In this document: piece by piece, positions 27,003 to 40,900 of the stretch | How positions within the stretch are numbered: the first letter of the stretch is position 1 | Layout: every line of letters starts with the position of its first letter | Origin: a virus | IMG/VR virus record: IMGVR_UViG_3300013286_000010 | Span: 1 to 64,000 of that record | Strand: one strand, 5' to 3' | Length of the DNA: 64,000 nt | Notes under the pieces: model-generated | The model's input: only the letters and a program-made list of their open reading frames with translations | Database searches by the model: none | Told to the model about the DNA's origin: nothing | Translations under genes and position numbers: made by a program

Positions 27003-28234
27003 ACTACTAATACTTCAATAACTCCGACAGGCCCTTGGAAATCTTCAAGGGCCTTTCCTATTACAGCGTTAGAACTATCTGTAGGTAGTTTAGCACAAGC
27101 ATGTCCTAGACGGGCACTAGTTACTAGAAGATCACCCTTTTTAATACTGCCTATAATTTTGCACGGAACACGGCCTTTTAAGGCAATATAGGGGTGAGTT
27201 TCGTCGGTTCCGGCGTCGGAATTCATCATATAGGCTGGATTTTTAGATACTATGCCTGCGACTGCGGTACTGGCACGTTCTTCACATGCTGTTACTTCTT
27301 TATCTCCACCTATTACAACTACAGTTCCGGATTCGTATAGCATATCGGCAGCATAGCGCTCTGCCAAATCAGCATAACGAGCTGCACTAGCAACAGTTGA
27401 TAATACGTTTGTAGATGGATTATATGTTATGCCTGCATCAGTTTTTAAAGGTTGATCGCCAGTTGCTCCGGGTGCAAATGGTACATAAAATGTAGCATCA
27501 GACGACGAAGCGGAAAGTGTAACATTAGTTGCAGTAGTTGCCCTTTGAGCATTGGCAGCACTAACTGTAGTCAACGATTCGGCTGCTGTTCCCCAAAAAT
27601 AGTAACCAGCATCTTTAGTAGATCCAGATGCATTAGCTCCTGGTAAGGTTATACCGCGTTTAACATTTATAAAATTTTCAGAAAGATCAGATGTTGCTAC
27701 TGGAACAAAATCAGTATCTCCATAATTAGAAATTACAGCAACAGGTGCTGATCCAATTTTAGCTTTAAGTAATGTACTAAAAGAATCGAGACCACCCTGA
27801 CGTGTTTCATCAACTGCGGTCCATGCCGCTTTAGATGCTGCCGGTGATACAGGTCCAATTAATACAAAGTTGTTGCCGTCAAATCCTTTTAATTGTTTGT
27901 TAGAAGAATCCCACCACAGGTCCCCTGCCCTGACTCCAGATGTAGGTTGCAATGCCTGTATTTGTAAATTAGCAATGCCTTTGAAAGACTTTCCATTGTA
28001 AGATACATTAAGTTGTTGTGTAGTGTTATTAAACCAAAGTTGACCTTGTATAGGTTTAGATGGTGCTGTTGTATTTGAAAAATTTTCTAAAAGTTTTAGA
28101 AGGTTTTCGTTAACTATCTCTCCGTATCCGGAATAGTTTCTTCCAACAAATGTTAAGTTAGTAGTAATGTCCGTTGCAGCATCGTTTACTGTAGTAAGAA
28201 CACTTCCGTTGGTTTTGTTTAAAATATATGGCAT
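26999..28234 (-). CDS. tail-fibre-like protein with C-terminal intramolecular-chaperone (peptidase G2/IMC-like) domain
   Basis: Shared N-terminal VGRNY.GYGE...LLENF..GQLW; C-terminal YADLAERY..D..Y..GTVV, GRVP.K, KGDLLV, IGKALE. Confidence 0.7.
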   Translation of the reverse strand: MPYILNKTNGSVLTTVNDAATDITTNLTFVGRNYSGYGEIVNENLLKLLENFSNTTAPSKPIQGQLWFNNTTQQLNVSYNGKSFKGIANLQIQALQPTSGVRAGDLWWDSSNKQLKGFDGNNFVLIGPVSPAASKAAWTAVDETRQGGLDSFSTLLKAKIGSAPVAVISNYGDTDFVPVATSDLSENFINVKRGITLPGANASGSTKDAGYYFWGTAAESLTTVSAANAQRATTATNVTLSASSSDATFYVPFAPGATGDQPLKTDAGITYNPSTNVLSTVASAARYADLAERYAADMLYESGTVVVIGGDKEVTACEERASTAVAGIVSKNPAYMMNSDAGTDETHPYIALKGRVPCKIIGSIKKGDLLVTSARLGHACAKLPTDSSNAVIGKALEDFQGPVGVIEVLVV

Positions 28235-28248
28235 AGTTTATTTTCAAT

Positions 28249-29457
28249 TTAAGATACAAATGTCCATGCTCCGCCGGATATTGTAAATGTTTTTACAACC
28301 CTAGCAACGGATACAGTAGGAATACTTGCACTAGCAGTTGCTCCAGTTAATGCTGGTCCAGTAGTTGACGGGGTTATCATGAATGTGCTGGTTGTGGTAC
28401 TTAAAGTTACTGTAGAAGAACTAACGGTGACTGTTGAGCATAAAATTCTAGCATTTGTACCATTCTTATATTCAGCTACAGGAGCAATTTGAGCAAGGTA
28501 ATTAATAATACCAGAATTATTTAAACCGTCTGATATGTCTATGCTTAGTACAATACTTCTACCATATAGATATTGTCTAGTCACTGCATCTGTGTCAGCG
28601 ATCGGATCTGCCATATTAGTAATTTTATTACTACCCATACTCAACTTTGAAGTTACTACAACATTAGTAAGAGTTGCATTAGTAGCGGTAAAATTTGTAA
28701 TAGTTGCACTGGTTGATACTAAATTTGTAGAAGTAACAGTTCCTGTTGAAACAATATTTTTTGCAGTAAAATTAATAGTAACAATGCCAGCAGATGTTAC
28801 AGTATTGTATACCTTCAGTGAATTAAACAATGTTAAACCACTTTCAACAATAACCGTTGATGTGTTTACTGTAGCTGTAAACTCTGAATATGTAGTTACA
28901 AATGAATTTGTAGAAAGGACACCCAATGTAGTATGGTGATTCTTTAACAATGCTACAAACTGTTTAACGTTGCCAAGATCGTTTACTGGATTTTGATAAG
29001 GGGGTAATACCCATCCACTATCTTGCCCATAATATGCAGGGAATGTTGGACCAACGGTAGTCCACACACTACCGTCCCAAACATTTAATTGAAAATTATC
29101 TTTATCCCACCACAAGTCGCCCGCTGATGGATTAGTTAACGATACAGGAGTAGGAGGATTAGCAACCGACGGAGAAGATACTACTGCACCCGACACAGGT
29201 CTAAATGTACCATCATACACTTTTAATCTTCTAGATGTAGTATCAAACCATAGTTGACCAGTTAGTGGACTGCGTGGAGGACTGCTAGAAGAACTAGCTG
29301 AATTAGCTAATAATCTTACAAAGTTATTGTTAATGTACTGACCATAAGCGTTAATGTTTTTGCCAACAAGAGCTAGACTAGTAGCAGATTGATTAACTGT
29401 ATTATCTGCCAATAACAACAGAGTAGTGCCATCAGTGTTTAAAATTTTATATGCCAT
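28249..29457 (-). CDS. tail-fibre-like protein
   Basis: Same N-terminal domain; T/S-rich beta repeats; KITNMADP....DAVT motif. Confidence 0.7.
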   Translation of the reverse strand: MAYKILNTDGTTLLLLADNTVNQSATSLALVGKNINAYGQYINNNFVRLLANSASSSSSPPRSPLTGQLWFDTTSRRLKVYDGTFRPVSGAVVSSPSVANPPTPVSLTNPSAGDLWWDKDNFQLNVWDGSVWTTVGPTFPAYYGQDSGWVLPPYQNPVNDLGNVKQFVALLKNHHTTLGVLSTNSFVTTYSEFTATVNTSTVIVESGLTLFNSLKVYNTVTSAGIVTINFTAKNIVSTGTVTSTNLVSTSATITNFTATNATLTNVVVTSKLSMGSNKITNMADPIADTDAVTRQYLYGRSIVLSIDISDGLNNSGIINYLAQIAPVAEYKNGTNARILCSTVTVSSSTVTLSTTTSTFMITPSTTGPALTGATASASIPTVSVARVVKTFTISGGAWTFVS

Positions 29458-29461
29458 ATTT

Positions 29462-30967
29462 TTATGTCTTTATAATATAGTAGGAGGTTGCAGTTCCGCC
29501 TGTAGTTGTAGATGTTTCAAATAAGTTTGGGATATAAAACTCACTTCCCGATATAGGTGTACCATATTTATTTTTAATTAATGCAAATAGATCAGGATAA
29601 GTAGCTCGAACTTTTGACGAACCATCACACTTTAACCATCCAGTAGGAGGTACATCCGATACTGACAATTGAAGTGTTCCTACAGGCCATATAACATTTG
29701 AGGAATATACATTAGATGCATATATAGTAGAAACATACAAGGACCTAAAATAGTTAGTAGCAGTTCCAATATCATAACTATTATGATGGTTGGATACGAG
29801 TGCAACCCCCGAACCTGCATTTGCACCAACTGTTATTTTTCCAGTTGATGTTGTCACACCACCGATAATTATACCACTAGTAACAGCTAGACTTTCACCA
29901 ACTGATGCACTTCCTAAAATATTCGTTGACGAAGAAACTGTCAATGTACTTGCAACTAACAAGGTTCCTGTAATCGTAGTAGCAGCATTAATAGATACCA
30001 AATTACTGTTAACACTTAACGAAGCAGTTGTAATTCCGCTAGGGTTTTTAGTTCTAATAACGACAGACCCGCCTGCTTTATTATTATAAAGTACGCCATC
30101 ATTAATATTTTTATATAATTGTATAAATTCTGTAGATATGCCAGCATCAATAACAATACCATTGTTATAGTTAGCACCGTCAGTAGCGGCTGCATTACTT
30201 TGAGAAAAAACAATGTGACCTTTTACTACCTGACCTCGATTAGAATAATCGTTCTTTTGTAAAAATTCTTTGCCTGGTGTAGAGAATCCGTCAACTAAAA
30301 CGTTAGTAGCATTATCAGCAGTACCATGCAATGCGATTCCCACTCTATTATAATCCACATCTGCTGATAAATTAATACCACGCTTAATAGTTGTAAATCC
30401 ATTTATGACAGGATTAGGAATAAATTCTTCATTAGATACAATCGATATAAGAACATCATTTGCATAATTTTTTATTACATTATATGTTTCAGTAGATGTT
30501 TCAATTGTACTTGCTTCAGATCCAGTTCCGTTACTGATTGAAGGACCAACGGTAATCCAATTATCGTTAGCATAGATGCTTAATTTTTTAGCTGACGTAT
30601 TGACCCATATGTCTCCATCCCTTAATCCTGGATTGATTGAGTTTTTAGGATCAATGTCTTGTTGATATATACCTGTAGCAGCCGGCCATCTAGCAGCAGT
30701 TGCAGTACCATCCATTATTCGAAGAACTTTTTTAGATGGTACACTTGTATCATACCACAATTGCCCTTCCATTGGATTCTCTGGAGGAACAGGGCTTGCA
30801 AAGTTTTCTAATAATCGAATTAAATTTGCTGCAAATGTTTCGCCATAGTTAGGATATCCACGACCGACTAAACTTAAACTTGTATCAACAGTATTAACTC
30901 CCGGAGGCATGTCCGGAACGTAAATTGGATCTTTAGTAGGATCTGAATGTTTTATGTAATATGGCAT
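29462..30967 (-). CDS. tail-fibre-like protein with tail-collar domain
   Basis: Same N-terminal domain; C-terminal PVGT......PPTGWLKCDG.....YPDLF. Confidence 0.75.
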   Translation of the reverse strand: MPYYIKHSDPTKDPIYVPDMPPGVNTVDTSLSLVGRGYPNYGETFAANLIRLLENFASPVPPENPMEGQLWYDTSVPSKKVLRIMDGTATAARWPAATGIYQQDIDPKNSINPGLRDGDIWVNTSAKKLSIYANDNWITVGPSISNGTGSEASTIETSTETYNVIKNYANDVLISIVSNEEFIPNPVINGFTTIKRGINLSADVDYNRVGIALHGTADNATNVLVDGFSTPGKEFLQKNDYSNRGQVVKGHIVFSQSNAAATDGANYNNGIVIDAGISTEFIQLYKNINDGVLYNNKAGGSVVIRTKNPSGITTASLSVNSNLVSINAATTITGTLLVASTLTVSSSTNILGSASVGESLAVTSGIIIGGVTTSTGKITVGANAGSGVALVSNHHNSYDIGTATNYFRSLYVSTIYASNVYSSNVIWPVGTLQLSVSDVPPTGWLKCDGSSKVRATYPDLFALIKNKYGTPISGSEFYIPNLFETSTTTGGTATSYYIIKT

Positions 30968-30969
30968 AA

Positions 30970-31626
30970 TTATACTCCGCTGGTAAGACTTTGAATTCTA
31001 ACGGTATAATCAATTTGAATCATTCTGTTCAACGACTTCTGCACGGGATGAAAAATAACGTGTGTTAATAAATCTCCTAAACCTGCTCCGTCAGGTGTAT
31101 ATGCCTTTAATCCCAATTCGTCAAATACAAATGGCCCGTCTGATTGTGTTGTATTATCAAATGCTGATTGACTCAATGGTTCTCCAAAATCTAACAAACA
31201 ACTTACTAAAATATCAGTATATGCTGTTCCAGCAACGTGACGAGTTTCCATAAAATTTCTTACAGGATCTAAATCACTGGATTGTTTAGCATCCACTGTT
31301 TTGTAATAAGTTTGATTATAGAGACTAGCGTTAGTTCCAATAACATTTGGAGTAAGATATGTAATGATACCAGTCTGATCAACTCGTGTTCCACCATTAC
31401 CAAATGCCATTTCTGCAATAGTACCGTATCCCTGATTACTTAATCCGCGGGCCAATGCAATACTAAAATTTTCATAATGGATAGCATTACGTTTATCTAT
31501 AAAGACTTCTTTAGTTTCAGGGTCAAATATTTTAATGTGGCCCTGAACGCCAACCGTTCCCTGCTCGTTAGGCCTAGCTACAGGAGGTGTATTCTGTTGA
31601 TTTTTCATAGTTTCAGTCTGTTCCAT
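30970..31626 (-). CDS. virion structural protein (baseplate/fibre-attachment-like)
   Basis: Position in tail operon; FGNGG, FDELGL, HPVQKS...I.Y; late promoter at 31631-31636. Confidence 0.55.
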   Translation of the reverse strand: MEQTETMKNQQNTPPVARPNEQGTVGVQGHIKIFDPETKEVFIDKRNAIHYENFSIALARGLSNQGYGTIAEMAFGNGGTRVDQTGIITYLTPNVIGTNASLYNQTYYKTVDAKQSSDLDPVRNFMETRHVAGTAYTDILVSCLLDFGEPLSQSAFDNTTQSDGPFVFDELGLKAYTPDGAGLGDLLTHVIFHPVQKSLNRMIQIDYTVRIQSLTSGV

Positions 31627-31643
31627 ATGGTATTTATGCTGTA

Positions 31644-31943
31644 TTAAAATGTGCTTGCAGGAACTCTACGCCAGGTATTTTCTGCTACACAGATATATAC
31701 ATACTCATTGTCAAACGCTATATTTCCAACATGTCCAGTAGATGTACTACTTAACGGTTTAGATTTTGCATTTTGACGACTAGCGGTTGCAAAATTACTA
31801 TAAGCTATAGCATTTATAAGACCTTCAACCGCTAGAGTAGAAACACGAGTTGCTACTCTGTCTTGTATTGATAAAAAGTAATTTGTGTTACCAATAATGC
31901 CGTCAGCGGTAGTTATTGCAGGTAATTCGTTAATATTTGGCAT
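31644..31943 (-). CDS. small virion-associated protein
   Basis: INELP N-terminus; G..G.IAFD..Y.YICVA.NTWRR fibre-type motif. Confidence 0.6.
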   Translation of the reverse strand: MPNINELPAITTADGIIGNTNYFLSIQDRVATRVSTLAVEGLINAIAYSNFATASRQNAKSKPLSSTSTGHVGNIAFDNEYVYICVAENTWRRVPASTF

Positions 31944-34900
31944 TTAAAATCCTTCAGTTAATGGTTTATTGTTATCATCTAACAAGGGAGATCCGTCATT
32001 ATCAGTTAATGTAATATCTCCTCCGTAGTAGTACTTATCAGGTAATTCAGCTGTTTTCTCTTGTAAGAATTTAGCAGGCAATGTTGTGCTATCTATAATT
32101 GATAAAGTTCTTCTAGAATTATTAGGATCAACGTCATTCCATTCTGCAGATTTATCAAATTCTTTTTTAACAACTGCTAACTTAATCCGATCACCGACAC
32201 CGCCTGTAATATTTAATATTAATTGTTGTGTATTCGATATAGTAAATTCGGGAGGTAAGTATTGTAGTCCTCGGTATACATATCCTTTAAACGAATCAGG
32301 TTCGATAGAATCTGTGTAGACCCAGACTTGATTTGTTGATGTTACTGTATATGCCTTGCCAATTTCTGTGGTATACGGCAATCCCGCAACAGTAGATGTT
32401 GTTCCAATTTTAATACCTTTGGTGTCCGGACTGTCATATGTGATAGTAGTATCGTGTATATAGGTTCCAGATTTTCTTAATAATCTACCACCATAAAATA
32501 CCTGTACCTGATCTTCAGGATTGACGATACTATTCAATATTATACCGTCGCTAATTAATACCTCATTGGTGCCAGTAACTGTTAATTTTTGTGTAACAGT
32601 ATTGATACTATATGTCGATACTCCATTACTTGTATAATGAACTTGTGTTTTAATTGTTTCTGTAAAAGGAATAGTTTGATTAACACTTTGGTCTATTACT
32701 TTAGTACCTGGAGCAGAATAACGACTAGGAGCTGTACCTAATGTACCTCTTCTTAATTGACTCAATACAGTCTTACTTGCCTTCATAAATTCAATACGTT
32801 CACCGTCAATAATAACAACGCCGGGTATTTTTTTACTTAACATAGGTTGTGTAAGAACAGTAGCATCAGCCACATGAATTTCAGTATCTTTATAAGACAA
32901 TGGGCTGGTTAGATAAGTTGTATTTTCTTTAGATAAACGTTTAAATGAAGTTCTATTAAACATATCATTGAAAATTCTATAACCTAGCAGAGTAGTAGCC
33001 AACCGTTGATCAACCATACTCCTAATAACAATGGAGTCAGTTGATAGAATTGAATATGCATCACTAATTTGAATTGTTAATTGATCGTCCAATACATCAA
33101 AATCTAATCCGCTAGTTAGAGGTGTTCCGTTCAATTGTACCCATACATAATTTATATTAGTTACAGGGCGAGTAACTTTAAATCTTCTATTTGGATTACC
33201 ATCAAATCTTTCTGTTCTTATCATCATATCGTCATTATCGTTATATGTGAGAACTTTGATTTCTCCTGTAGAAGTACTAACACTTAATTGTAATTTAGGA
33301 ATTCCTGCGTTGTCATAATATATATCATAGTCATAATCTTTATCTCCACCAGTTGGTAGATCTACTATTGCAATTGCATCTCCGCTAACTAGTGCCACAC
33401 GTGATATATCAATTGTCAATAAATTATCAGACACTGTATAATCAAATCCAGGAGTTAGTTTATTTCCATTTCTATATGCCCTAACTGTTCCGTCGTATGT
33501 GTTAAATGTTCCTTGATTGTTGATTAAGAATACATTATTTGTAGACGATGTTACCTGATAGTAATCAATATGAGGAGGTGTCAATTGCTTACGAATCTTT
33601 GTATTAGGATTATAATACTCAACAATAGGAGCAGCAACAATTGGATCTATCTCATTTGATTTTATGTTTATACAGGTAGCAGTAAATGCAGAAGTATTCA
33701 ATGCAATAGTCTGTTCACTGATCTCGTTAAAATAATCGTATTGTGTACCAAAGAACCAAGCCTGTATAGTGCTTGTGGTCCCCGGAGTTAATCCGTAAAC
33801 ATTAACAGCAGCACGATCGTTTTCTATATTAGAAAATGTTAATTCAAAATAAGGTAATGCAGTTGTAATTGTAGTTATTGCAGATCCGTTAACAGTTACA
33901 TATGCGCTCTTGACAGAACTAGTTGATGCTAAACTAGAAACTTGAGCAATAGTTTCAAATCCAAAAATAGTAGAACTACCGGGCAAGTGTGTTGCAGAAG
34001 CAGAATCAATTATTCCATTCTCACGTCCAATATGACCGCCACCTATACTTATGATGGTATAACCTAGATACCCACTAACTGATTGAGGTCCAACTACAAT
34101 TTCATTGTGTTCCCAATCTATATAAAAGAATGGGCTATCAAGTTCAGTAGGAATAAAATCACTTACACTAAACATTTTACCATTAAAGGAAACTGTGATA
34201 TTGTTATTGCTTGGAGGTACTATACCTAATTTTCTGCGAGTAGTAACATTAGATATTATGTCTATTGAATGTGAAAATACAACAGGAGCTCCATAAAATG
34301 TTTTAGTATAGACATTTATTCCTACACTGTCAGATGCTTGTCCAGGTAAAAATTCTTCCGGAGCATGGCTAGTATCCGCTGTATAAAAGGCGTCGCCGTT
34401 AATAATAACTTCAGGAGAACTGCTATTTCCGTCTATTGCACTATCAAGTAAGTTAGAATTCTCTTCATATTTCCAGAATTCTATAACATAACCTTTTGGT
34501 ATTTCTGTGGTAGAAAAGTCACTAACTTCTATAGAACTCGAAAGTGCATAGACTGCACTAACTAATACATTTGTTATCTTAAATACCGTAGACGTGGTAC
34601 TGATAATATTAACATTTTGACCCGCTTCAATACCGGTAACTGAATCTAAAATAAATGTATTAGAACCAATAGTAGCCGTAGTGGTTACTACAGCCGTTGT
34701 ATAAAATCCAACATCGTCAGCATACGGGACAGTATCAAATGTATTTGTAGAGCCAGAACCGTATAAAAAATCCCATGCAGAATTTGTAAATGGCAATCCT
34801 TCAATTATTGTTTTAGGATAATTAATACCTGAAATTAATTGATCAAATTCTGGATTCTCTGGATCAAAACCGGGCATACCAGAAGCCGCTTTATAATAAT

Positions 34901-37900
34901 TTTGAATCCTCTCCGAAGCATTGAAAAGATTTATACTCTTTGTGTATATTACTTTTAATACTTGAGAGACTAATGGTACATAATTTAAAAATACCACTTT
35001 ACTAAACTTTTTTGTATATCCGTTGTACTGCGCTGTAAAATACTTAATTGTATAATCCGAACGTAGCACAACATTGCCATCTAGTGTAATAGTAATTTTA
35101 GATTTGTCTGCATCTGCTAACCAGTTTAAAGTAAACTCTTCAACCGATCCGTTACATACAAATTGATCAACTACAATATTATTTCCTATTTGATCAGTTG
35201 ACCCCACTCTATCAAATTTCATACCTATTTGATTAGTACGAACTTGTTTATTTGTTAAATGCGTGTAGGCAATTGCTACTACTCCAGTTGTTCCGCCTTG
35301 CAACTTAACAGTCGGTTGTCGATAAAAAGTGCTAGTAGTGTTATTAGTAATCTCAATTGAAATTACTTTTCCAGACTCTATATGAGCAATTGCTCTAAAA
35401 TCTTCAATTACTTGATAGTATTCGTTGAACACCAAAACCGTTGGAGCAGATGTATAATTAGTCCCAGGATGTGATACCGAAATATGATCAAGAGCAAAAC
35501 CTCTATTAAGCAAAAATGACTCTTGAGGTTTAGGAAGATTTAAACTTTTGATGTAATCAGTAGTAGCATCTACATCACCGACAGCAAAATTGTCTGTTTG
35601 ATAGTAATCAACCAAGTTGCCGTTTACCCAACGATACGGATTATCAAAATCAGTTGAAAAAGTATTTGTAGGTTCTACCAATGTATGGTTAGATGTAAAG
35701 CTACGAACAATTGTATGATAGGGTTTTACTTCATCTAGATATTGTTCGTAGTAATCGCTACTAGAGATTTTGTAAACAGGTCGTTGATCTAATGCACCTG
35801 CATAATTTACTACGTTAATGAATGAAGTTTTAAATGCCCAGTCCAATAATTTCTGTTCAGACAATGCATACTTAACTGCCTTGAAGAAGAATAAATTCCA
35901 ATTAACTTTTAATTCATTAACAAAAATATCATCTCTCAATGCAATCAACATATATTGCAATTCAATATCTGGAGTTTGATCATACAATGTTTGATCATAA
36001 CTATTATTTTGATCAAACCCATAGCTGCTTAATGGCAGGTCCCAGATAGTATCTAATATTTGTATTGTGCCATTCTCATTGTAGACAATATTGTAATCAG
36101 TACTAAACGATCCAACAATACCCAAAGCAGTTTTTTCTAATATTATGTAATGACCCGATCCGCCATTTTTAATTTTAACATACTGGCCTGCTGACAATGT
36201 TAATTCGTTTATTTCATAAACATCATTGACTGTAGCTGTAAAATCCAAGAAAGGATTATAATCAGTACTGACCCAGTCTACATATTTCCAATATAGAGGA
36301 GTATTATATTGTTGAGTTGCTACTCGTGCCCAAGTTAATGTATCAAGGTCGTAAATAAATTTAGACCATCTGTTTTTAAATTGGGTATCAGCTAATACAA
36401 TAACAGTATAGGGTCTAACTTCTAATGTAGGCGCTTCTGTAAATCCGTTGCCAGCATTGACAACTTTGACAGATATAACCCTACCTTGATTGTCAATTTC
36501 TGTAGAAATTTCTGCATCAGATTTAACATCACTAATAATTTTAACTGTCGGAGATATCTTATATCCAAATCCCGGATTATCAATTATAACAGTTTGAATC
36601 TTACCGTTATCAATTACACATCTTAATTTAGGAATGGCAAATAATCTAGTGTCAATTATTAATAAACCTTCATTATCTTCAACTGTTTGATCGTACTCGT
36701 GGCTATTAATGTCAGAAACTAACTGCTGTTTATTTAGATTTGCAAAACTATAATTTCCAGTTATTCTATTTTTAAGTAGAACAGAATTTGTAAATTCCAC
36801 TAAATTTCTCAACGCTTCCAATCTATCTTTGAACAAAGTTTGTTGAGGTCTAATGCCAATTCCATATCGCGTTCTAGATGTTAGTGTTGGATTAGGAACA
36901 GGATTTCCTAACTTGTCATGTCCTAATAAACTATCAATTAATTTTTTCTCAAGCAATGCATTAGGTCTGCTGGTCGCAGAACCTTCTTGCAATAGCAACC
37001 ATTCAGTATGGCGGTTTGTACTTGATTCAGCAATATTTTTATTAGTAGAATCGATTGCGACATTTAAATGTATTCTATTACCGACTAATAAAGATCCAAT
37101 ATTAGCTAATGCAATTGCATTAGTATCAATAATTGCCGCATATTGAACTCCGTATGCAGTAGGATTATAGATCATAGATGCAACTTGATAGCTACTGGCT
37201 CTTCTATTTTTAACATCAGGAACTGTAGATTTATTCTTAACCCAGTAGTAATAACGAGTGCTGAATGAATTCGTTACAGAATTATAAACTTGTTTAGAAG
37301 ATATTACACTATCATCGGCAACTTTAGGTTGTCCGCTGATTCCTTCTGTTAGGCCCAAGGCAGTATCTGCCAGTTGACTCCACTCACTAGGAAGATAACT
37401 AGATCCAACCCACTCATATACATCGATACTAGCACCTGGGAATAATTTGCCCCAGTTATTCTTTCTATAAGTTAGGTCGCTTTGTTCATACCAAACATAT
37501 TTTGCAGTGCTCAAATCCCACCATAGCTCACCTACGTGGTCTTCTAACCAGTTTGTTTCGGAGTCAATAACGGTTGAAGTAGTTCCTGCAGAATAAACTG
37601 CTGGATCAAATGTTGTTCTATAGGTCAATTCTTGATCAGCAATGCCAACGATCTTTCCTTTTAGAGGATCAACAACATCAAGATAGTTGATAATTTCTTC
37701 AGTAAAAGAGTTAATCAAAGTCACACGTTGTATTGCATCAACCATGGTCAAGCTATCTTGTTCTCTTAAAATTTTAAAACCATTAGTAGATTTATCAATC
37801 TTATTAAACTGATAGAAGGCATTAACTGTATTTGAATTTTTTAAAGAAGGTGCACCTACTAGTATGCAATCATCAATTGTTACGCTAGTTCCGTAGAATG

Positions 37901-40900
37901 TGTCGTCATCAATAACAGTTGATTCTAAATCGTCTGCTAATACGAATCTTGTGTCTTTTCGGTTGTAAACATAGACTGTACCAGAATTTTTAATGGTACC
38001 ATAGAACATAGTCGAGTCAACATCAAATATTGATTCTGTGTTTGTAATATCAAACGTACTATATAGGTTCTTATTATTGCCAATTGCTGAAATAACTAAT
38101 GAATCATTAGATACAGTAATATCAATGTCCTTACCAAAATACATACCCGGACCAGGTGCAGGGTTTGTTAAAACAGACTGTAAAACAAATAGGCCGTTAG
38201 TAGCAGTATAGATTGCAACTTTACCATATGACAAATTGTCATTTTTAGAGTAAGGCGCCGATACAAACAAATATGCACCGTTCGGTGATACTAATAATTT
38301 TTCTCCAAACTGTCCATATTTTCCAAAAGGTGAAACTAAAGTCTGTGAGAATACTGCAGAAGTTCCTGTAAATATAGAAACTAATCCAGTGTTGGTAAAA
38401 TGTCCGGGTGCTCCGATAGCAAGTATGTTAGCATTATCAGATCCACTGATACTATATCCCCATTTACTTCCGATAGTAGTAACTGACGAAGTAGTAAGTT
38501 GTTTAACATATGCTACATTAATTGAATTAGTAGCAGTAGTGATCTGATAAGCATATACAGTTCCGGTGCCGGTGTTGTTTGTGCCCGGAGCTCCGACTAA
38601 CATTAATTTTGTATTGATGTTACGTTGAACGTAAATTGAATGTCCAAAGTGTTGATAACTAGAAGTAGATACCGGTACTGTTAAAACTGCCTGTGTATTT
38701 TCCTCAAGTATTTGGGGATTGATACTACTAATTTTTATTAGACCCTGTTCTACATAATTAGAATAATTTGATCCTGTAGTGGATACATAGCTAGCCAACG
38801 GGGCACTAGCAAAGATTAAACCATAGGTTGTTGTACTAAAAGCAGTATCATCATAAACCACACAATGACCAAAATCTGTAATAGGTGCCCGCTCAACATC
38901 GTAATAATGCAGTGTTCCATCATTTAATGTATAATTTAATTGCCCGCGGAAATCATCTCCTGTCTTTTTATAAACAGAAACTTTACCTCGAATTGCAATG
39001 CTGGTTGCAGTATATGCAGGTGATCCAACAACAAATATATCGCTGCCTTTTCTCTTGCTGATGCTGCGTCCAAGTTGTTCGTTTTTATTTGTACCTGTAG
39101 AAATTACAGGAGTAAAGTTATTAATTTTCTGATAAACTTTCCATTTGTAGTTGTCATCATTGTCTACCCAGAATATAGTATTGTCTGAGAATTTTAATAG
39201 TTCGTCATCTGTAGGTAAATTATCATAAGACGATGTTCTTGCACTCTTAAATTTATACAACGGTATTGGGTCAACTCCTAACGAGGTTAACGAAATAGAA
39301 GGAGAAGCAACAGTGAATTCAGATACAGAAGGAGTTTTGATAACAGTGTATATTCCGTCAGCATCACTACTAAATTTAGATACTGATACAATATCTCCAA
39401 CTGACAAACCGTGGAATAAATTTGTTTTAAATGTAATTTCTCCAGAGTAAGTAACTACATCTACTCCAATAATATCTGCATCTACCCTAGAGTAACGATA
39501 TACATCCCAGTCGCTATTTTTTTTAAATCCCATCCATACAGTGTCACCTTCTTTAATAGTGCCATTGTTTGCAAGATTTAACAAACTAGATTCGTTGTAT
39601 GCGGTTGCAGTTACATCATCAATTCTTACATAACCTGCTGTAATTAATTCAAATTCAAAATCAGTATCTGTTTCTACAGGAAACGTTGTCAACGGATTAT
39701 AGTCCGTAGGAACTATAATTTGATCAGTTACTGCACTGTAGTAGATTAAATCATTAGGTGCAGAAGGTGCAGAATTGACAAAGTTAACAACTTGCGGATT
39801 TTCAATGAACTTACCTTCTGTTAACGGAACTTCTAATTCTTGATAAGTTTCATATGCTCCATAATATCCAATACGGAACGCCCACTCTTCTGAATATCCC
39901 AACTGCCCTTGCAAGTTATGAATACTAGCCTTAGCAAGTTTTGTAATAGCATTACGGGTTCCTTTTTCTTTGATAAATCCTTGATAGAATTTATATTGAG
40001 CAATAGGATTAGTGAAGATATTGTTTAGATAAACACGAGGTGTATATCCAATTAAGTGCTGTGCCATTTTTTGTTGGCCACTATCAAAGTTATCAATATC
40101 TAAACTATAGAAATCTTCAAATTGATTAATCTTGTAATCAAAGTTTGGTAACAATCCAGCAACAGGTTTGTTACCTAGTAAGGTCCACAAATTAAAATCA
40201 AATTTTGCAGAACCAGTAATATTTTTATTAGCAGAATAATATTGACTATTGAATCGAACTACATCACCTGATTGATAATCAGTATATTGCAACCAATCGT
40301 TTATTTGAGCACTGTCATAAACAAACCCAGGACTAAAATAATCACCATTCCAATTTGCAGTACGGAATCCCGTTAACTTCATTCTGCGTTGACGGTATCC
40401 AGTTTCGATATCATAGATAGTATCGTTGAAAATTGTAGTGTTATTAAACACCATTGCATGTTCTTTTTGTACAGAATATATTGTAGCAAAATAGATACCG
40501 TCTGTAGAGTTTGATGTTTTAATTGTGCAAACTCCGTTGTCTCTAGTTACAGAAAGATTTTGTCTAGGAAACGATGTGCCGTTTGCCGACAACAAACTGT
40601 AATCGTAAAAACTATCAAACACACTATCAACAACTGTATTAGCTAATGAATATTTTATTTGATTTGCAAAAGGACTTACGGTGATTATACTGTTGTTAGA
40701 CCAATTCTGACTAGTCCAATATAAAAATTCTTTAGAGGAGAAGTTCCAATCGATAGTTGTTGCAAAATCTGAATTATATTCATCAAATATAAAACCTTGG
40801 GCTTCTAACCATTTTCCGTAACCAACGATTATATCATATACTTCTTGTATAGTAGAAAATTCTGTCTTATAAGGAATCTGTTTAACTTCTGTTTCAAAAC

